DNA of 64,000 nucleotides, from contig CAVNZM010000004.1 in NCBI GenBank assembly GCA_963693365.1, forward strand, positions 3,834,047 through 3,898,046, given 5' to 3'. The notes under the pieces were generated by a model that was not told the origin of the DNA, ran no database searches, and was given only the letters and a program-made list of their open reading frames with translations. This document shows, piece by piece, positions 1 to 13,766 of the stretch (the stretch's first letter is position 1; each line of letters begins with the position of its first letter). The translations under genes were made by a program, and so were the position numbers. The stretch comes from Amoebidium appalachense. Lineage: Eukaryota; Protista; Ichthyosporea.

Positions 1-838
1 TTTGAAATGTGATTGGAACATGTACTGGTTCTATAAGGTAAACCCTGTTTCTGTCAATATCAAAGTGTGATATTATCGTTGTTATTTCTCCAAAATCCCC
101 TCCCCCTCCCCCCCCCCCCCACCCCCTCCCCCCACCCTTCCCCTCCAAAAAATAACCAAACCGAAAAAAAAAACCAGACAATCCGCACACTCTGCAAACA
201 CCTTTTGTGTGTGCGTGCGTGTTGGGGGAAGGGGGGGGGGGGGGGAGCGGGGGGCAAGGCAGGAAGGGGGGGGGGGGGGGGGGACCCTATGAAACATCAA
301 ATATGATCATGGTATATCTCTTAGAGTGAATGTAACCCCTTGTAATCAACATTATAAACATCGGCAAACAGGACATTTTGAAAACAGTGCAACCCCCCCC
401 CCCACTCCCATCCTCCGTCCCCTCCCTCCCCCCTCCCCTCCCAACTTCTGCATTCCGTGACCCCGCATAAGACAATATCACAAAGAACAACATGCACTGA
501 AATGGACCCAAACAGGAAGTGGCGGATGCCGGGTGCATCTATTCGTCAGTGGTGATAGAGGAGGGCAAGTCAAGAGGTGGGGTTTGGTTCATGTGGTTTT
601 GTCAGGGACGAGACGGGGAGGGATTTGTGTGTGTGCGTGTGTCTGTGTCTGTGTATGTGGTGTGTGTGGTGGTGACGGGTGTTTGTGGGGGAGGGGAGGG
701 GGGGGGGAGGGGGGGGGGGGATATGCCAATATGCCAGTTGTCTGGGGAGGTTATATCAGTTCTTGTGGGCTGCATGTGAGAAGGAGGTTGGAGGTGTGTG
801 AAGAAAACGAAAGATGACACGGGGAGTGGGCCCCTGAG

Positions 839-871
<33 letters not shown>

Positions 872-1048
872 CGGCTGAAGTAAGTCATTATCAATAACGT
901 TGGTGGACATTGTCAGGTGGGGTGACGAAGATCAATGATGTGTTTGGTTATCATGGGGAATGCACTCTTCTTGTATTTACCTGGCACATACCTGCGGGCA
1001 TAATTTGTGCGTTGTTATGAGAAAAGAAGGGGGCTGCTGTGTGTGTGT

Positions 1049-1105
<57 letters not shown>

Positions 1106-1137
1106 ATGAGAAAAGAAGGGGGCTGCTGTGTGTGTGT

Positions 1138-1200
<63 letters not shown>

Positions 1201-2554
1201 GGGGGGGGGGAGGGCAAAGATGGGAAGGGCTGGGGAAGGTGGGGGGGGGGGGGGGGGGGGGTCATAAGTGTTGTTTAAAAACACATGGAAAGCAGCAAAT
1301 TTGACACGTGTGTGTTCCCTTTAGTGAAATTCCTTGAACACGTCACGGTAAATGTCACCATCACACACCAGCGCAGAGGGGACCTAGAGGTGAAACCCCC
1401 CGCCCCCCCCCCCCCCCCCCTCCTCCCTTCCTCCTTCCCCCCCCCCTCCCCCCTCTCCCCGTCCTCCTCCCCCCTCTTCCCTCCTCCAGCCGGAGCTGCT
1501 CGTCCCTTTATGTGTGGAGGGTAGGGTTGGTTTAGGCGGAATGGGTATGTACACACGGTTGACCTTTCGTATTTTTGAATGAATACATATTCATCCGACA
1601 AAATTACTTGCGCATAGTTTTCATAAAGCAAAGTCCGCATATACCATTTAGCGTCTGGGCGCGAGCCACTTTGGTGACGTCATTCTGGGCCGTTTTTCAT
1701 GCAGCTGTTTAGGTACCCAGAAAATGGCGCGAAAATAGCTGGGGCGAGGGCAGGCTGTGTCCGATGTCGACATAGGCCAGCCTCGGTATTTAACACAAAT
1801 TGATAATATCTACTGATTGGTCAGAGCCATTCACGAAATATGGCTCGAGAATGCTTGCCGCCCAGACGCTAAAATGGTAGATACGGAGGTTGTTTTTAAG
1901 CCAACTGGCCTCTCACGTTACTGCTAGGCTGGAAATCGGATATGCCTTGGAATGCGAAAACTGCCATTTGCTGACTTCTGATTGGCTGCAGGTGTTTCTG
2001 CTGTCACCGTGCGGCACCAGGTCGCAGCTACTGACTGTGCGCTACAGCGACGCAGACAGCAAGCAGGGGTTCAGGGATTGGGTGTTTATGACAGTGGCAT
2101 CGTGGGGTGAGGTACGTGATATTAAAAGCGTTAAAATTCAACTATAATGTTAAACCTGGCTAGTCCCTTTCAAGTCTAATGGTAGTAGTACATCCCCTTT
2201 TATATTTAGCTCAAGGTGGTGAATTCTCGTGTCTGAAGTTTCTAGTTGGTGATGTGATTTTGCTAAGCACAAAACATACCAAAGCCACATGCACATGCTA
2301 CATCGTAACACCTTTTTTGTGGAAAGTGTGTCTTCTATTATACTTAGCACATTCACAAATTCCGTATCAATATATTTTGTTAAAAATTGTTGTGTTTATG
2401 CGTGTGTTCTGCCCCAGAATCCTGTTGGTGAGTGGCGTCTTGGGGTGAGAGACACCCAGGTGGGGGAGACTACAGGCAGACTGGTGCGATGGCAGTTGAC
2501 TCTGTGGGGCACGGAGAGATCATGTGAGCACCCAACGTGCACGAAAGACGGTAC

Positions 2555-2585
<31 letters not shown>

Positions 2586-2979
2586 GGCGGGTGGGTGGGT
2601 GGGTGGGTGTGGGAAAGTGGGCGAGTGGGTGGGTGGGCGGGTGGGTGGGTGGGTGGGTTGGTGGGTGGATGGGCGGGTGGGTGTGGGTGGGTTGGTGGGT
2701 GGGTGAGTGTGGCGAGTGGGCAGGTGCGTGGTGCGTGGGTGGTTGGGTGGGTGGGTGGGTGTGGGTGGGTGGGTGGATGGGTGCGGGCGGGTGGGTGGGT
2801 GGGTGGGTGTGGGTGTGGATGGGTGGGCCGGTGGGTGGGTGGGTAGGTGGGTGTAGGCGGGTGGGTGGGTGGGTATGGCTGTGGTTGTGGGTGTGGGTGT
2901 GGGTATTGAAGTGGGTGGGTGGACGGGTGGGTGGGGGTGGGTGGGTCGGTGGGTGGGTGGGTGGGTGGGTGGGTGGGTT

Positions 2980-3045
<66 letters not shown>

Positions 3046-3368
3046 GAGGGGGGGGGGGGGGAGGGGGGGGGGGGGGGAGGGGGGGGGAGGGCAGGGGATA
3101 GGAAGTGTGTGTGTGGGCTTAACCTCTCACGCTTGTATTTTGTTTGCAGGCACACGGCCAGCATGTAAGAGGGATCACGGCAATGAACCCTGTCCTCCCC
3201 CTCCGCCCCCACCCAGCCTTTTCCCCTGGCTCACCAACACAAGTCTCATCATTATCATTGTGGTTGCCGTGGTTGCAGGTGCCTTTTACCCCCCCCCCCC
3301 CCCCCCCCCCCCCTGACCGCCCCCCTCTTTGCTTCCTTTCAACCTGCTCCCTCCCCCCTCCCCCTCTC

Positions 3369-3399
<31 letters not shown>

Positions 3400-3844
3400 T
3401 TCTCCCCCCCTCCCTGTCACGGGGGGGGGGGGGGTTAATTTTTTTTTTTTAACCAACACCATCGTTTGGATTTTGATGGTCGTCACTGTGTGTTCGTGTG
3501 TTTGTGTCTGTGCTGTACTAATGAACAGTGCTTTATGTGCAGTGTTCTCTTTTACATATGGTCTTGGTTACATAAACTGTTTATTGCTTGTGTGTGCTGT
3601 ATCTCCCCCATCCCCCCGTCTCCCCCTCCCCATCCCCCCCCCCCCCCCCCCCCAAAAAAAAAAAAAAAAAAAAAAAAAAACCTCCCTCCAATTTATCTTC
3701 TCGGCCTGGTCTTACTACGTTGCTCTTCTAGATGCCTTCACTTCCACCTGAGTCTAGTCATCTGTGCGCAAACGCACACACGGTGTGACGGTATAACACC
3801 GCTTCGCCCCCGACTCCCTGACTCCCCTACATCTACCAGATTCA

Positions 3845-3920
<76 letters not shown>

Positions 3921-3930
3921 AACGCGCACG

Positions 3931-3977
<47 letters not shown>

Positions 3978-4535
3978 ACACACACACACGTACACACACA
4001 CACGTACACATACACACACACCAGCCCATGCATTTTTTTTCAGCATTATCTGACTTTTACCTAATCACCAGGTCTCATGGGTATTATTGGTGCCATTCTC
4101 GTTGTGCGATTTAAGATGATTGACCGACTTGTGTCGTTTCTTGAGTCATTGGACACCAAAAACGGATTTCGGCCCTTGGCCCAGAGGGAGTCAGACTCGG
4201 CACATGAGCTGTCTGTGCTTGACGGTGAGGGGTCATCTTATTATGAAGGTAAGAGCAAATCACGTTACAGCATGTGTAGCCTAATGTGGTAACTAACTAA
4301 ACGTCTACGTTTACGGGGTCTTTGTTTTCTTCCATGACTGATGTGTTACACACAGCCATAAACTCCTTTCCCGCCCTACCTCCCCAGCCCCCCCCCCCCC
4401 CCCCCCCCCCCTCTTTTTTTTTTTTTTTGTTTTTTGTTTTTGCTTCCCCACATTGCCCCACCCCACTACCTCAGTAATCCTAATTACTGCAGCGTGTGCT
4501 TGTGTATGGTGGTGATGGTGGTGGTGTGTGTGTGT

Positions 4536-4571
<36 letters not shown>

Positions 4572-5053
4572 GTTCGCATCCCAAGAGCCCCCCTCCCCCC
4601 CCCCCCCCCCCTCTGATCGCTCCCCACAGCTTTTCACCTTGTGTTTTGACAGAACACATTTCACACACAGCCTCCCCCCCCCCCTTCCCCCCTCCCCTCC
4701 ACCCCCGCGCGGCTCTCTCCTTCGCCTGTGAGTAGCTTTCTGCACTGTCATTCGCTCCTATTTCAGATAATGTGCTGACTACTTCAAACCCCCCCCCCCC
4801 CCCCCCTCCTTCCCCCTCTCCCCCCTCCTGCCCCGCCCCCTCCCCCCTTCCCCTCTCTGCCCTGCCATCCAAACTTCGATCCAAAACCCGCAACATTCTT
4901 TCTCCCCTGCCGCTCTTCGGGCCTTCTCAAAGCCCTTCCCCCCCCCCCCCCCCCCCCCCCCCTAACCCTCTTCTCCTTCCCTAGTCTCTCACTTTCATCC
5001 CCCCTGGCCTCCTCCCACACACACTCCCACCCCCCCCCCCCCCCCCACGCACG

Positions 5054-5096
<43 letters not shown>

Positions 5097-5703
5097 GCAC
5101 ACACATGATCCACTACTCCCCCCCCCCCCCCCTCCCCCCCCCCCCCCCCCCCCCCCCTCCCCTCCCAAACATGCAGATCACCACGAAGATGATAACGACT
5201 TTGAAGAAATCAACGGTTGGAACGGAAACATCATCCAATCAACAGGCAGAAACGAAAATTCAACCGACTCCCGGCCACTTTGTAACCCGGACAGCTCACT
5301 CGAGGTTCGACTGCACGCAGTGGGAAGCGCAAGTGCAAACAGTAGTTTAAACGGCGGGAAATTGCGGAATTTGAAATACGAAAACGGTGATTTTGACGAT
5401 GGCGACATAACGCAAGAACTGGCGGACGGCGGAGCGGGAGGGGATGTTGTCGTTAACTATGGCGGGAACGGGGAGACACGTGCGAACAGCGACGGTGTGC
5501 AACAAGTGAATTTGCTTATGGATTTTAGAGAAAACGAAGATAAACTTGGGCAGGTCGGACGCATGCACACGGATAATATTGATGACGGCGGAAAATTTCA
5601 AACAGAAAATGTTAGTGATGTGGAGCTCTCGGGGTCAGAGGGTGACGTTACGGCCATGCTGCATAATGAAAATTCTGATGTAGATGAGTTTCTGGGGGCA
5701 TAG
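1..5703 (+). CDS. Furin/kexin-like proprotein convertase, 3' part (P-domain, TM helix, acidic cytosolic tail); gene begins before the window
   Basis: Phase-consistent GT-AG exons <1-37 (tentative), 516-576, 1325-1389, 1992-2111, 2418-2550, 3150-3278, 4072-4248, 5177-5703(TAG). Joined peptide has P-domain hallmarks [33 protein letters not shown]...[23 protein letters not shown]...WQLTLWGT, then a hydrophobic TM segment ([24 protein letters not shown]) and a long D/E-rich tail. Confidence 0.9.
1627..1895. mobile_element. MITE family A copy 1 (in convertase intron)
   Basis: ~37-bp imperfect TIRs (agcaaagtccgcatataccatttagcgtctgggcg / cgcccagacgctaaaatggtagatacggaggttgttt); flanked by ATAA (1623-1626) and TTAA (1896-1899); interior matches the reverse complement of 61527-61753. 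Confidence 0.8.
2555..3045 (+). repeat. (GT)n plus (GGGT)n low-complexity tract, G-quadruplex-prone
   Basis: Directly visible ggtg/gggt reiteration starting right after the donor at 2551; similar tract at ~55860-56340. Confidence 0.9.
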
Positions 5704-5763
5704 TAACATGATTCCCCGTGGTTGGTGATAAAGAGTATGACCGGCATGGGGCCAAACCATGCA

Positions 5764-5982
<219 letters not shown>

Positions 5983-6574
5983 TATACTATCGCTATCGGC
6001 GCAAACCATAGTAAACTATTACTGAGATGTCCCCTTGAAAATCTCAGGCTTTTTGTGATCGATATAGATAGATTACAGTTGATTGTTCTATAGACTACCA
6101 AAGTTGTTCCCCAGAGCACTTTGCAGACAGTGTTTAATTTGGCCATGGGATACACAAAAAAAGAAAACGGAGATTGTTGTTTGGTATTAAACAAGTGACC
6201 GAATTACCAAAATTCGCCTGATTCTTCCTCCTTGCCAGAGCTTTCGGTTGGATAACGGAGTCTGTTGCTTATTACCTGCACGTTCTTGGTTTTAGGGCAT
6301 TTTTCTCGACTGGATCTAGGAAGGTGAATTTCTGTCGCCACATTTTAGTAGAACACTAGCAACACCGAGACCAGCTGGGCTGGCAGCATAAGATATTGTC
6401 AAACATGTGATTCGTACAAAATGGTTGGTCTAGTATTGATATTAACCCGTGCTCGTACGATGCTCTGTATAGCTATAGGTAGCAGGTGGCACGCACCACC
6501 AACACAAAGACAAAGCACTACGTGTACGTATACACTGTGACATTGGAAGTATCAAGGTCTTGTATGAAATGTGG

Positions 6575-6613
<39 letters not shown>

Positions 6614-7047
6614 CGGAGCCCCGGGGGAAGACGCCGGCGGGCACGCACCACCATATCTTATTGAACACAAAAACACATGCTGTCACATACCGTAGTAAAA
6701 AGTTTTGCGGATGTATACCCTGTGACTTCGAGTATCTCAGATGGCATTCATTCACATTAATTTATGAGATATCGATGTGGACGCCTCCTCCCCCCGCCCC
6801 CTCTTCCCCTCCTTCCCCCCTGAGCTACCCGCGGCGGCCGGCATGCAATTTTTAGACTAAGTTGCCATGCATATGCACACAAACACACACATGCACACGT
6901 ACACCGCCGCACCAGCCCTGGGCGGCTGCCCTCAGAAGAGTTCAAATTGAGAGGAACACGCACCTTTGCAAGTGGTGCTGCACTTTTCACTAAATAGTGG
7001 CGCTGTGGGAAGCTTAACTTAAGGGCTGCGAGTCTTTTTTTTTTTTT

Positions 7048-7082
<35 letters not shown>

Positions 7083-7299
7083 AAATATGTAACACAGAGC
7101 CGCCTTTTTAAAAGTTTTAAAGATGGCTTTTGTAAGGGCCTAAGTCTATAAGCTTTGACCCCAATGAGCATGACATACTCCAATGGCCCATTATTATTGC
7201 TGCTGTTCACGGGCCTTCCATTGGCCAAAGCATATTTGAGCCACTGATTCGGTTGTTACAGTACTATGATAACGCTGCCCATGGCCATGGCCAGCCTGC

Positions 7300-7825
7300 A
7301 ATCAACGGCTCAACTCCGGTTTTACGCTTTGAGCATTCACTGTCGGGCTAGAGTGTACTCTTAGGTACCCGTCAAGCGGGGCAAACAGAAACATATTGTC
7401 GCTTTATTTTTATTTCGTAGCTTTGGCTTTTCAGTTCTATTGGTGGTTATGTAGCCTGTGGCTCCACGTTGCCTTCATCAACGGATCAATAAAGAAAAAA
7501 TTTCAATCAAACGAAAAAAATGTTTCAGAGAGCCTTCACTGTGCAGGCGGAGTTTGGGGAGCGTGGATAGTGGTCCAATATCCAATCAGATCACGCAAAG
7601 AGAAGTAAGCGATTTCATAGAATGATAGCGTGACCTGTAAGTGATTAATGTTATAAAACTGACTTTTATATTTTAATTCATTTGAAATAGACATTAGCCG
7701 AACTAAAAATTAATTGATTTTGCCGTTATCTTCCTGTGGTTAGATTAGCCGCGCTATTTGAATTTCAGTCGAAAGCAATTTTGAAGCGATTTCGATCAGT
7801 TGATCCCGCCGCTCCGCTAACGGAC
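7300..7825 (+). promoter_or_regulatory. Putative cyclin B promoter with CHR-like TTTGAA x3, CCAAT x2, Myb/MSA-like AACGG x4
   Basis: TTTGAA 7681-7686, 7757-7762 (preceded by gccgc-gcta), 7780-7785; CCAAT 7575-7579, 7582-7586; AACGG 7304-7308, 7480-7484, 7819-7823 and CCGTT 7723-7727. Function inferred from position only. Confidence 0.5.
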
Positions 7826-8157
7826 ACATGTCAGTCTGTATACTTTTGCACTGAAGCGAGTCGAAAAGGCGACACTTGTTTTACTTTCAAACATTTCTTT
7901 TTGTGATCTCAAATTTAGCGAATATAGTCATTGCAACCGAGCGAATCATTTTAGCCAACTAATATATATATATATATATATTCCTGTTTCTAACCTGCTT
8001 TGGAGTACAACATTCACTTGCATAATAAGAATCAACCTCGACTACAAACAACTGTTACAGCACTGCTGTGCAGTTGACTGTTGCCTTTTGCTCTGTTTTT
8101 CCTTCTTCTCAAGATATACTGGTGTCTATTTCTGTGCAGGAAGATAAAGCAGTCAAA

Positions 8158-10149
8158 ATGGCTACTAGGCAGTCACTCAGGACAAGGAGCCAGGTAAGGA
8201 ATCCATACTCCATTTCTTGGTATTTTCAGTTCCTGCCAGCAGCCACTTTCTGCGAGTAACCACTTTGTTTCACTTCCTCGTTTGTTAGAGAGCAGCTAGA
8301 AAGTTACAATAGGCCATCTTTTGCTATGTAACAAAAGCGTATGCTAAACCTCTTTCGTCTGCTTTTACCAACCAAAGCACGTTTGTGTAACATGGGTTTT
8401 GGGGAACAGGTCGGAGCAGTGGATGAGAACGTCTCTCTTCCCGGTAAGACCGTTGGAGGAGGTCTTAAGCCACAAGTCAAGCAGACAGCAGCAGCAAGAG
8501 CAGCCCGTGCACCCCTACAAACCCTCGGCAATAAGAACGTAGGCAACCCTCTGGTCATTATGTTTGTTCTTGTTGCTTGTTACCCTTTCGTAGCAAAACG
8601 AGTGGGTTCAACCAAAAGTTTGAGCTTTAGTTTTGGTGTTGGTATTGAGAAAGGAAGGAGCTTGTGTGGCTCACACAGAAACGAATGTGTTCAGACAAGG
8701 ACAAATAAGCAACTTATTTGTTACACAATTCACTTTCTGCCTGAATTTCTTTTCCACTCAAAACCTTGGTTCTGACTCCATTAACCAAGAAACCATGTAT
8801 CACTGTGTTCTTTTTTCCCACGTGCACAAATCTGAAACATTATTTCTTCCCCTTTCCACACAGCAAACGTTTCAAGCAAACACCAAAGCAGCAGCCAAGC
8901 AGGCAGCAGCAGCGACAGAGCAGTCATGGGAGGCCCGCGAGTCCAGATTTCCTAGTGTGCTTCAAAGGTGTGTTGTTGGAGTTGTTGAAAAGGAGAAAGA
9001 AAGGGATGGAAACATAACGAATGCACATGTGTGAGAGCTTGATAGTGCTAGAAGTTGGTGCTGGAAGGGTCTGGTGGCTGTAAGTGGTTAGGGAGGGTAG
9101 CACATTATCTGGTGTCTTGGGGTAATGATGTTGCATGTTGCCTTACTTTGTGCACCAAGGAAGATGGGGTGCGCCGTGTTGTTAAACGGGAATTTGAAAG
9201 CTAACAGGAAACAAGGTGCAATCGTGCATGTGGCATCTGTGCCTTATCTTACCCTTCTGTTAACCCTCCCCCCCCCCCCCCCCCTCCCCCCCCCCCCCCC
9301 CCCCCCCCCCCCCGTCCCCCCAGTTACACGCTCGCTCACTCACTCTCTCACTGATCACAATCTCACGTCTAACACGTCCTACTTACCACTGCTACACGTA
9401 ACACAAACACAGTGTCCCCAAACAAGATGTGTTTGCTGCTCCCCTCCCTGTCCAACAGCACGTCCTTCCACCTCTTCCACAGGTGCGTAAAGAGAGAAAA
9501 GCAGTTCACAAGCAAGCAACGCTTGGTTGGCGGTGTTTGTCAAGCGACGTGGGTGATTTGAAGGGGGGGGGGGGGGGTCCTTTGGGCTACATAGGTGTGG
9601 GTGTTGTAGGAACTTACGGCTTGAGGATAAAGTAGGCTTTGGGTGTGGGGAGGTGGCAGTTCTGTTCTCTGTGGTCAAGTGGAAGGTGTGGCAGAGTCAG
9701 GAACTTCAAACTGGTGTTCTTGTGCTCTTTGGTGCTCATTTCGGAGCTCATGCCTATTGTGTGGGTGATAAAGAGTCAGTTCTTGTGTGTGATATAGATG
9801 GTTGTGTATATGATGGCGATGTTGGTTGTGAATGAGCTGGTGGTGGTTGCGGCGTTGGATGTGTTGAAGTTTGCAATTGCCTTTGAGATGGCGATGTGCA
9901 TGAAGTGGTGACAAAGACTGTTTTTGAGTTTGGGGCACAGTTGTTAATGAATTGGCGGCTGTGGCCGTTTGAAAGAAGGCGAGTTGGTTTGTTTGTCACG
10001 GAAGATCCAACGGAATGGCAGCATCGGTAGATACGGGAAAGTAGAGGAGATGAGTGTTCCATGCTCTTGCAGGAATTGTATTGTTGCGATGTCTTGCAGC
10101 TTGTTGGATGGGTGTGGGTGTATGCCGCGGTGTGGGTGTATGCCTACCC

Positions 10150-10180
<31 letters not shown>

Positions 10181-10316
10181 AAAAAAAAAAAAAAAAACTG
10201 GCACTCTCTTTTCGTTCCCCCCTTCTTGGTTTCTCGCCAAACACTATTCCTCCGTCGAGTTCCCTTGGTGCACCCTATTGCTCATTTGCCCCCCCCCCCC
10301 CCCCCCCAAAAAAAAA

Positions 10317-10361
<45 letters not shown>

Positions 10362-11891
10362 CCTCACCACCTGCCTCCTTTCCTTCCATCTCCGTTTCAT
10401 TCTCCTTTTCCTTCTTTGTTTTCTTTTCCTTTTTTTTTTTTTTTTTTTTTTTTTTCCTCCCCTCATGCAGATCGACGTTGGGTACGTGGAGGAGAGCAGT
10501 GAGGATGTGTTCCACGACCCCATGGAGACAGACAGCTACCCCTCGACCTCCACAAAGTCCATGATGTCATTGGTCGACGACTTTGGTACGTGCACGTGCA
10601 ATTTTTTTGTTCGAATATGGAATGTACGTGTTTACCATACATGGTGATAAATGCGTACGTGTTTACCATACATGGTGATAAGCGCGTACGTGTTTACTAT
10701 ACATGGTGATAAATGCGTACGTGTTTACTATACATGGTGATAAATGCGTACGTGTTTACCATACATGGTGATAAATGTGTACGTGTTTACCATACATGGT
10801 GATAAATGCGTACGTGTTTACCATACATGGTGATAAATGCGTACGTGTTTACTATATATGGTGATAAATGCGTACGTGTTTACCATACATGGTGATAAAT
10901 GCGTACGTGTTTACCATACATGGTGATAAATGCGTACGTGTTTACCATACATGGTGATAAATGCGTACGTGTTTACCATACATGGTGATAAATGCGTACG
11001 TGTTTACTATACATGGTGATAAATGCGTACGTGTTTACCAAACATGGTGCACGTGTGCAGGGTGTAGGTGTCTACAAGAAAACATAGAATTTGCTCTGGT
11101 TCCCCCTTTTTGTGTGTCTGGGTCTTGCTCGGGCGCTTGCTTTCTTTGCTTATTCTGGTTTCGCCCTGCTTCACAATCCCATCTCTCTCGTGCAATAAGT
11201 ATATCACCCCCCCCCCCCCCCCCCCCCCCTCTTCCTCTCTCCCCCTCCCTCCCTCCCTCCCTCCCTCCCCTCTCTTTACCTGCCACTTGAAAGTTTTCTA
11301 AATCGCCGTTTCTCGCTCACGTGTGTGTGTGTGTGTGCCCATGCAGGCATGGAGCTCGTGGAGATACCGGACATTGACAAGGACGACCTAGCCTTCCCCG
11401 AGTATTGCAGCGAGTACGTCAAGCCCATCTACGACTATCTGTGGTTGCGCCAGGTGCGATTTCCTCTCTGTTTTATTCTTTCTTTCTTTCTTTCTTTCTT
11501 TTTCTTTTCTTTTTTTTTTTTTTTTCCCCATGTTCCCCAATTGTGCCACCTTCATCAATGATCCGTTCACTCTCCTCTTTGCCCCATGTACCTATGGTGA
11601 TATCATGGGGCCAACAGATAAAGGGGGAGGGGGAACCTCAGATGTGATATTGCCGCCACGTTTGTTCTCCTTTCGTATATTGCCCCCCCCCCCCCCCAAT
11701 AATAATAATAATAATAATAACACTCACAAACCATAGTAGGCACCTTTTTTCTCACCATGCACACTGACGTGAGTTTCTTTTTACCCCCCGCAGGAGGAGT
11801 TTACGGTGTCGGAGCACCTTTTCACCCAGCAGACAGAAATCACCCCTAAGATGCGCGGTGTCCTCATCGACTGGTACATCAGACCCCCTCC

Positions 11892-11923
<32 letters not shown>

Positions 11924-12137
11924 GATGAGGAGGGGGGGGGGGGGGAGGGGGAGGCAAAGGCTAATACGCCACCACTACGAACCTGGCCTGTCTTCCCTTC
12001 CCCATTGATTTGCAACAGGCACGACCCACATGGGTCTGTAGGCACCTTTTAGGCTGCATCGTTTATTATTGGTTCACAACTGGTATGGCTGCATTTGCTT
12101 TTGTGTTTGCTCGTTTGCTGGGCTAACAGTACCCCCC

Positions 12138-12217
<80 letters not shown>

Positions 12218-12489
12218 CTGGTGGACGTGCACCTCAAGTTCAAGTTGATGCACGAGACCCTCTTCCTGACCGTCAACATCATTGACCGCTACCTTTCCAG
12301 TAAACCCCCCCCCCTCCCCCCCCCCCCCCCCCCCCCAAGTCACTTCTTTTTTGTGGTGGCGGGGGGAGGAGAAGGGGGGATGCCGTGAAGACCAGGCAAG
12401 ATTCTAGGGGTTATAGTGCTCGAAAATAAAATAGAAGGGTGTTGTGTGTGGATATGGAAACCAAGGGTTTTGGTGACTGGCCGGACGGT

Positions 12490-12520
<31 letters not shown>

Positions 12521-12574
12521 CTCAGGGTTGGATTCCTCATTTTTGCTTTCGTTGACCATAGCTTGCGCCCCCGC

Positions 12575-12605
<31 letters not shown>

Positions 12606-13408
12606 ACATACATACACAGTGGAGCAGGTGAAGCGGGACAAGCTGCAGCTAGTGGGTGTTGTGTCGATGCTGATTGCCAGCAAGTTCGAAGAGATCTGGG
12701 CCCCTGAGGTCCGCGACTTTGTCTACATCACTGACCAGGTATGCCTGCTTGTGCGTTGGTTGTCTCGTGGTTTACTTCTCTGCCCCCCCACCCCTCCTTC
12801 CTTCCTTCCTTCCTCCCTTCCCTTCCCTTCCTGCCTTCCTTCATCCGTTCTGTTTTCGTTCTATCCCTCTGGCACAAGGGTCTGCATCGGATTAAGCACC
12901 ATCACCCCCCGGGCCCCCCTAAAAGAAAGGAAGGCGGGGAGGGGGGGGGGGGGGGGGACAGGGATCCTTGGGAAGAATGTGTAGTCATTCAGTTATTCCC
13001 CCCTCCTTCCGTGCCCATCCCCGACACACACTCACACACACTCACCGACTTTCTCCTCCTCTTCCCTTGGAACTTCCACCCCAACACGTTCACACTCACA
13101 CTAACACACACACCTATACCCACACAGGCGTACCAGAGACACGAGCTCCTAGACATGGAGCGCCACATCCTCAACACATTCAAGTTCAAGCTGGGTGTGC
13201 CCCTCTCCCTCCACTTCCTTCGGCGCATGTCCAAGAGCGCGGATGCCACCCCCCAGACGCACACCCTAGCCAAGTACTTCCTCGAGCTGACACTCACCTC
13301 CACCACCATGCTCAAGTATCTGCCCTCGCAGATTGCCGCTGCATCCCTGTGTCTGGCTCTCAAGATGCTGAATATGGACTGGGTGAGTAATACTAACCCA
13401 TTTACCTT

Positions 13409-13451
<43 letters not shown>

Positions 13452-13696
13452 GGGCTTACTTCCCCTACATGCATACCTTCCCTCGTGGCCTTCCCAGGAA
13501 CCTCTATCGACATGTGTTGTTCTGTGTACTTCCTCCCCGCACAGGGCGGGGCATGTGCATGCTAGTGCACACATACACGTACGCACACGCACACTGCATA
13601 TAATATCCCTCTCTCGTTACGCTGGTGGGTGTATGACCGGTAAACCTGGGTTGAAAAGAGGCTTCCTAACGCTAATCCTCCCCATCCTTCTCCTCC

Positions 13697-13766
<70 letters not shown>

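Noticed and set aside
1015-1196. Tandem duplication of ttatgagaaaagaagggggctgctg-(TG)n (~89 bp)
   Set aside because: Real but an ordinary local slippage duplication (or assembly echo) in an intron.
10624-11050. 31-bp repeat as a CRISPR array
   Set aside because: Head-to-tail units without spacers, no cas genes, inside a spliceosomal intron.
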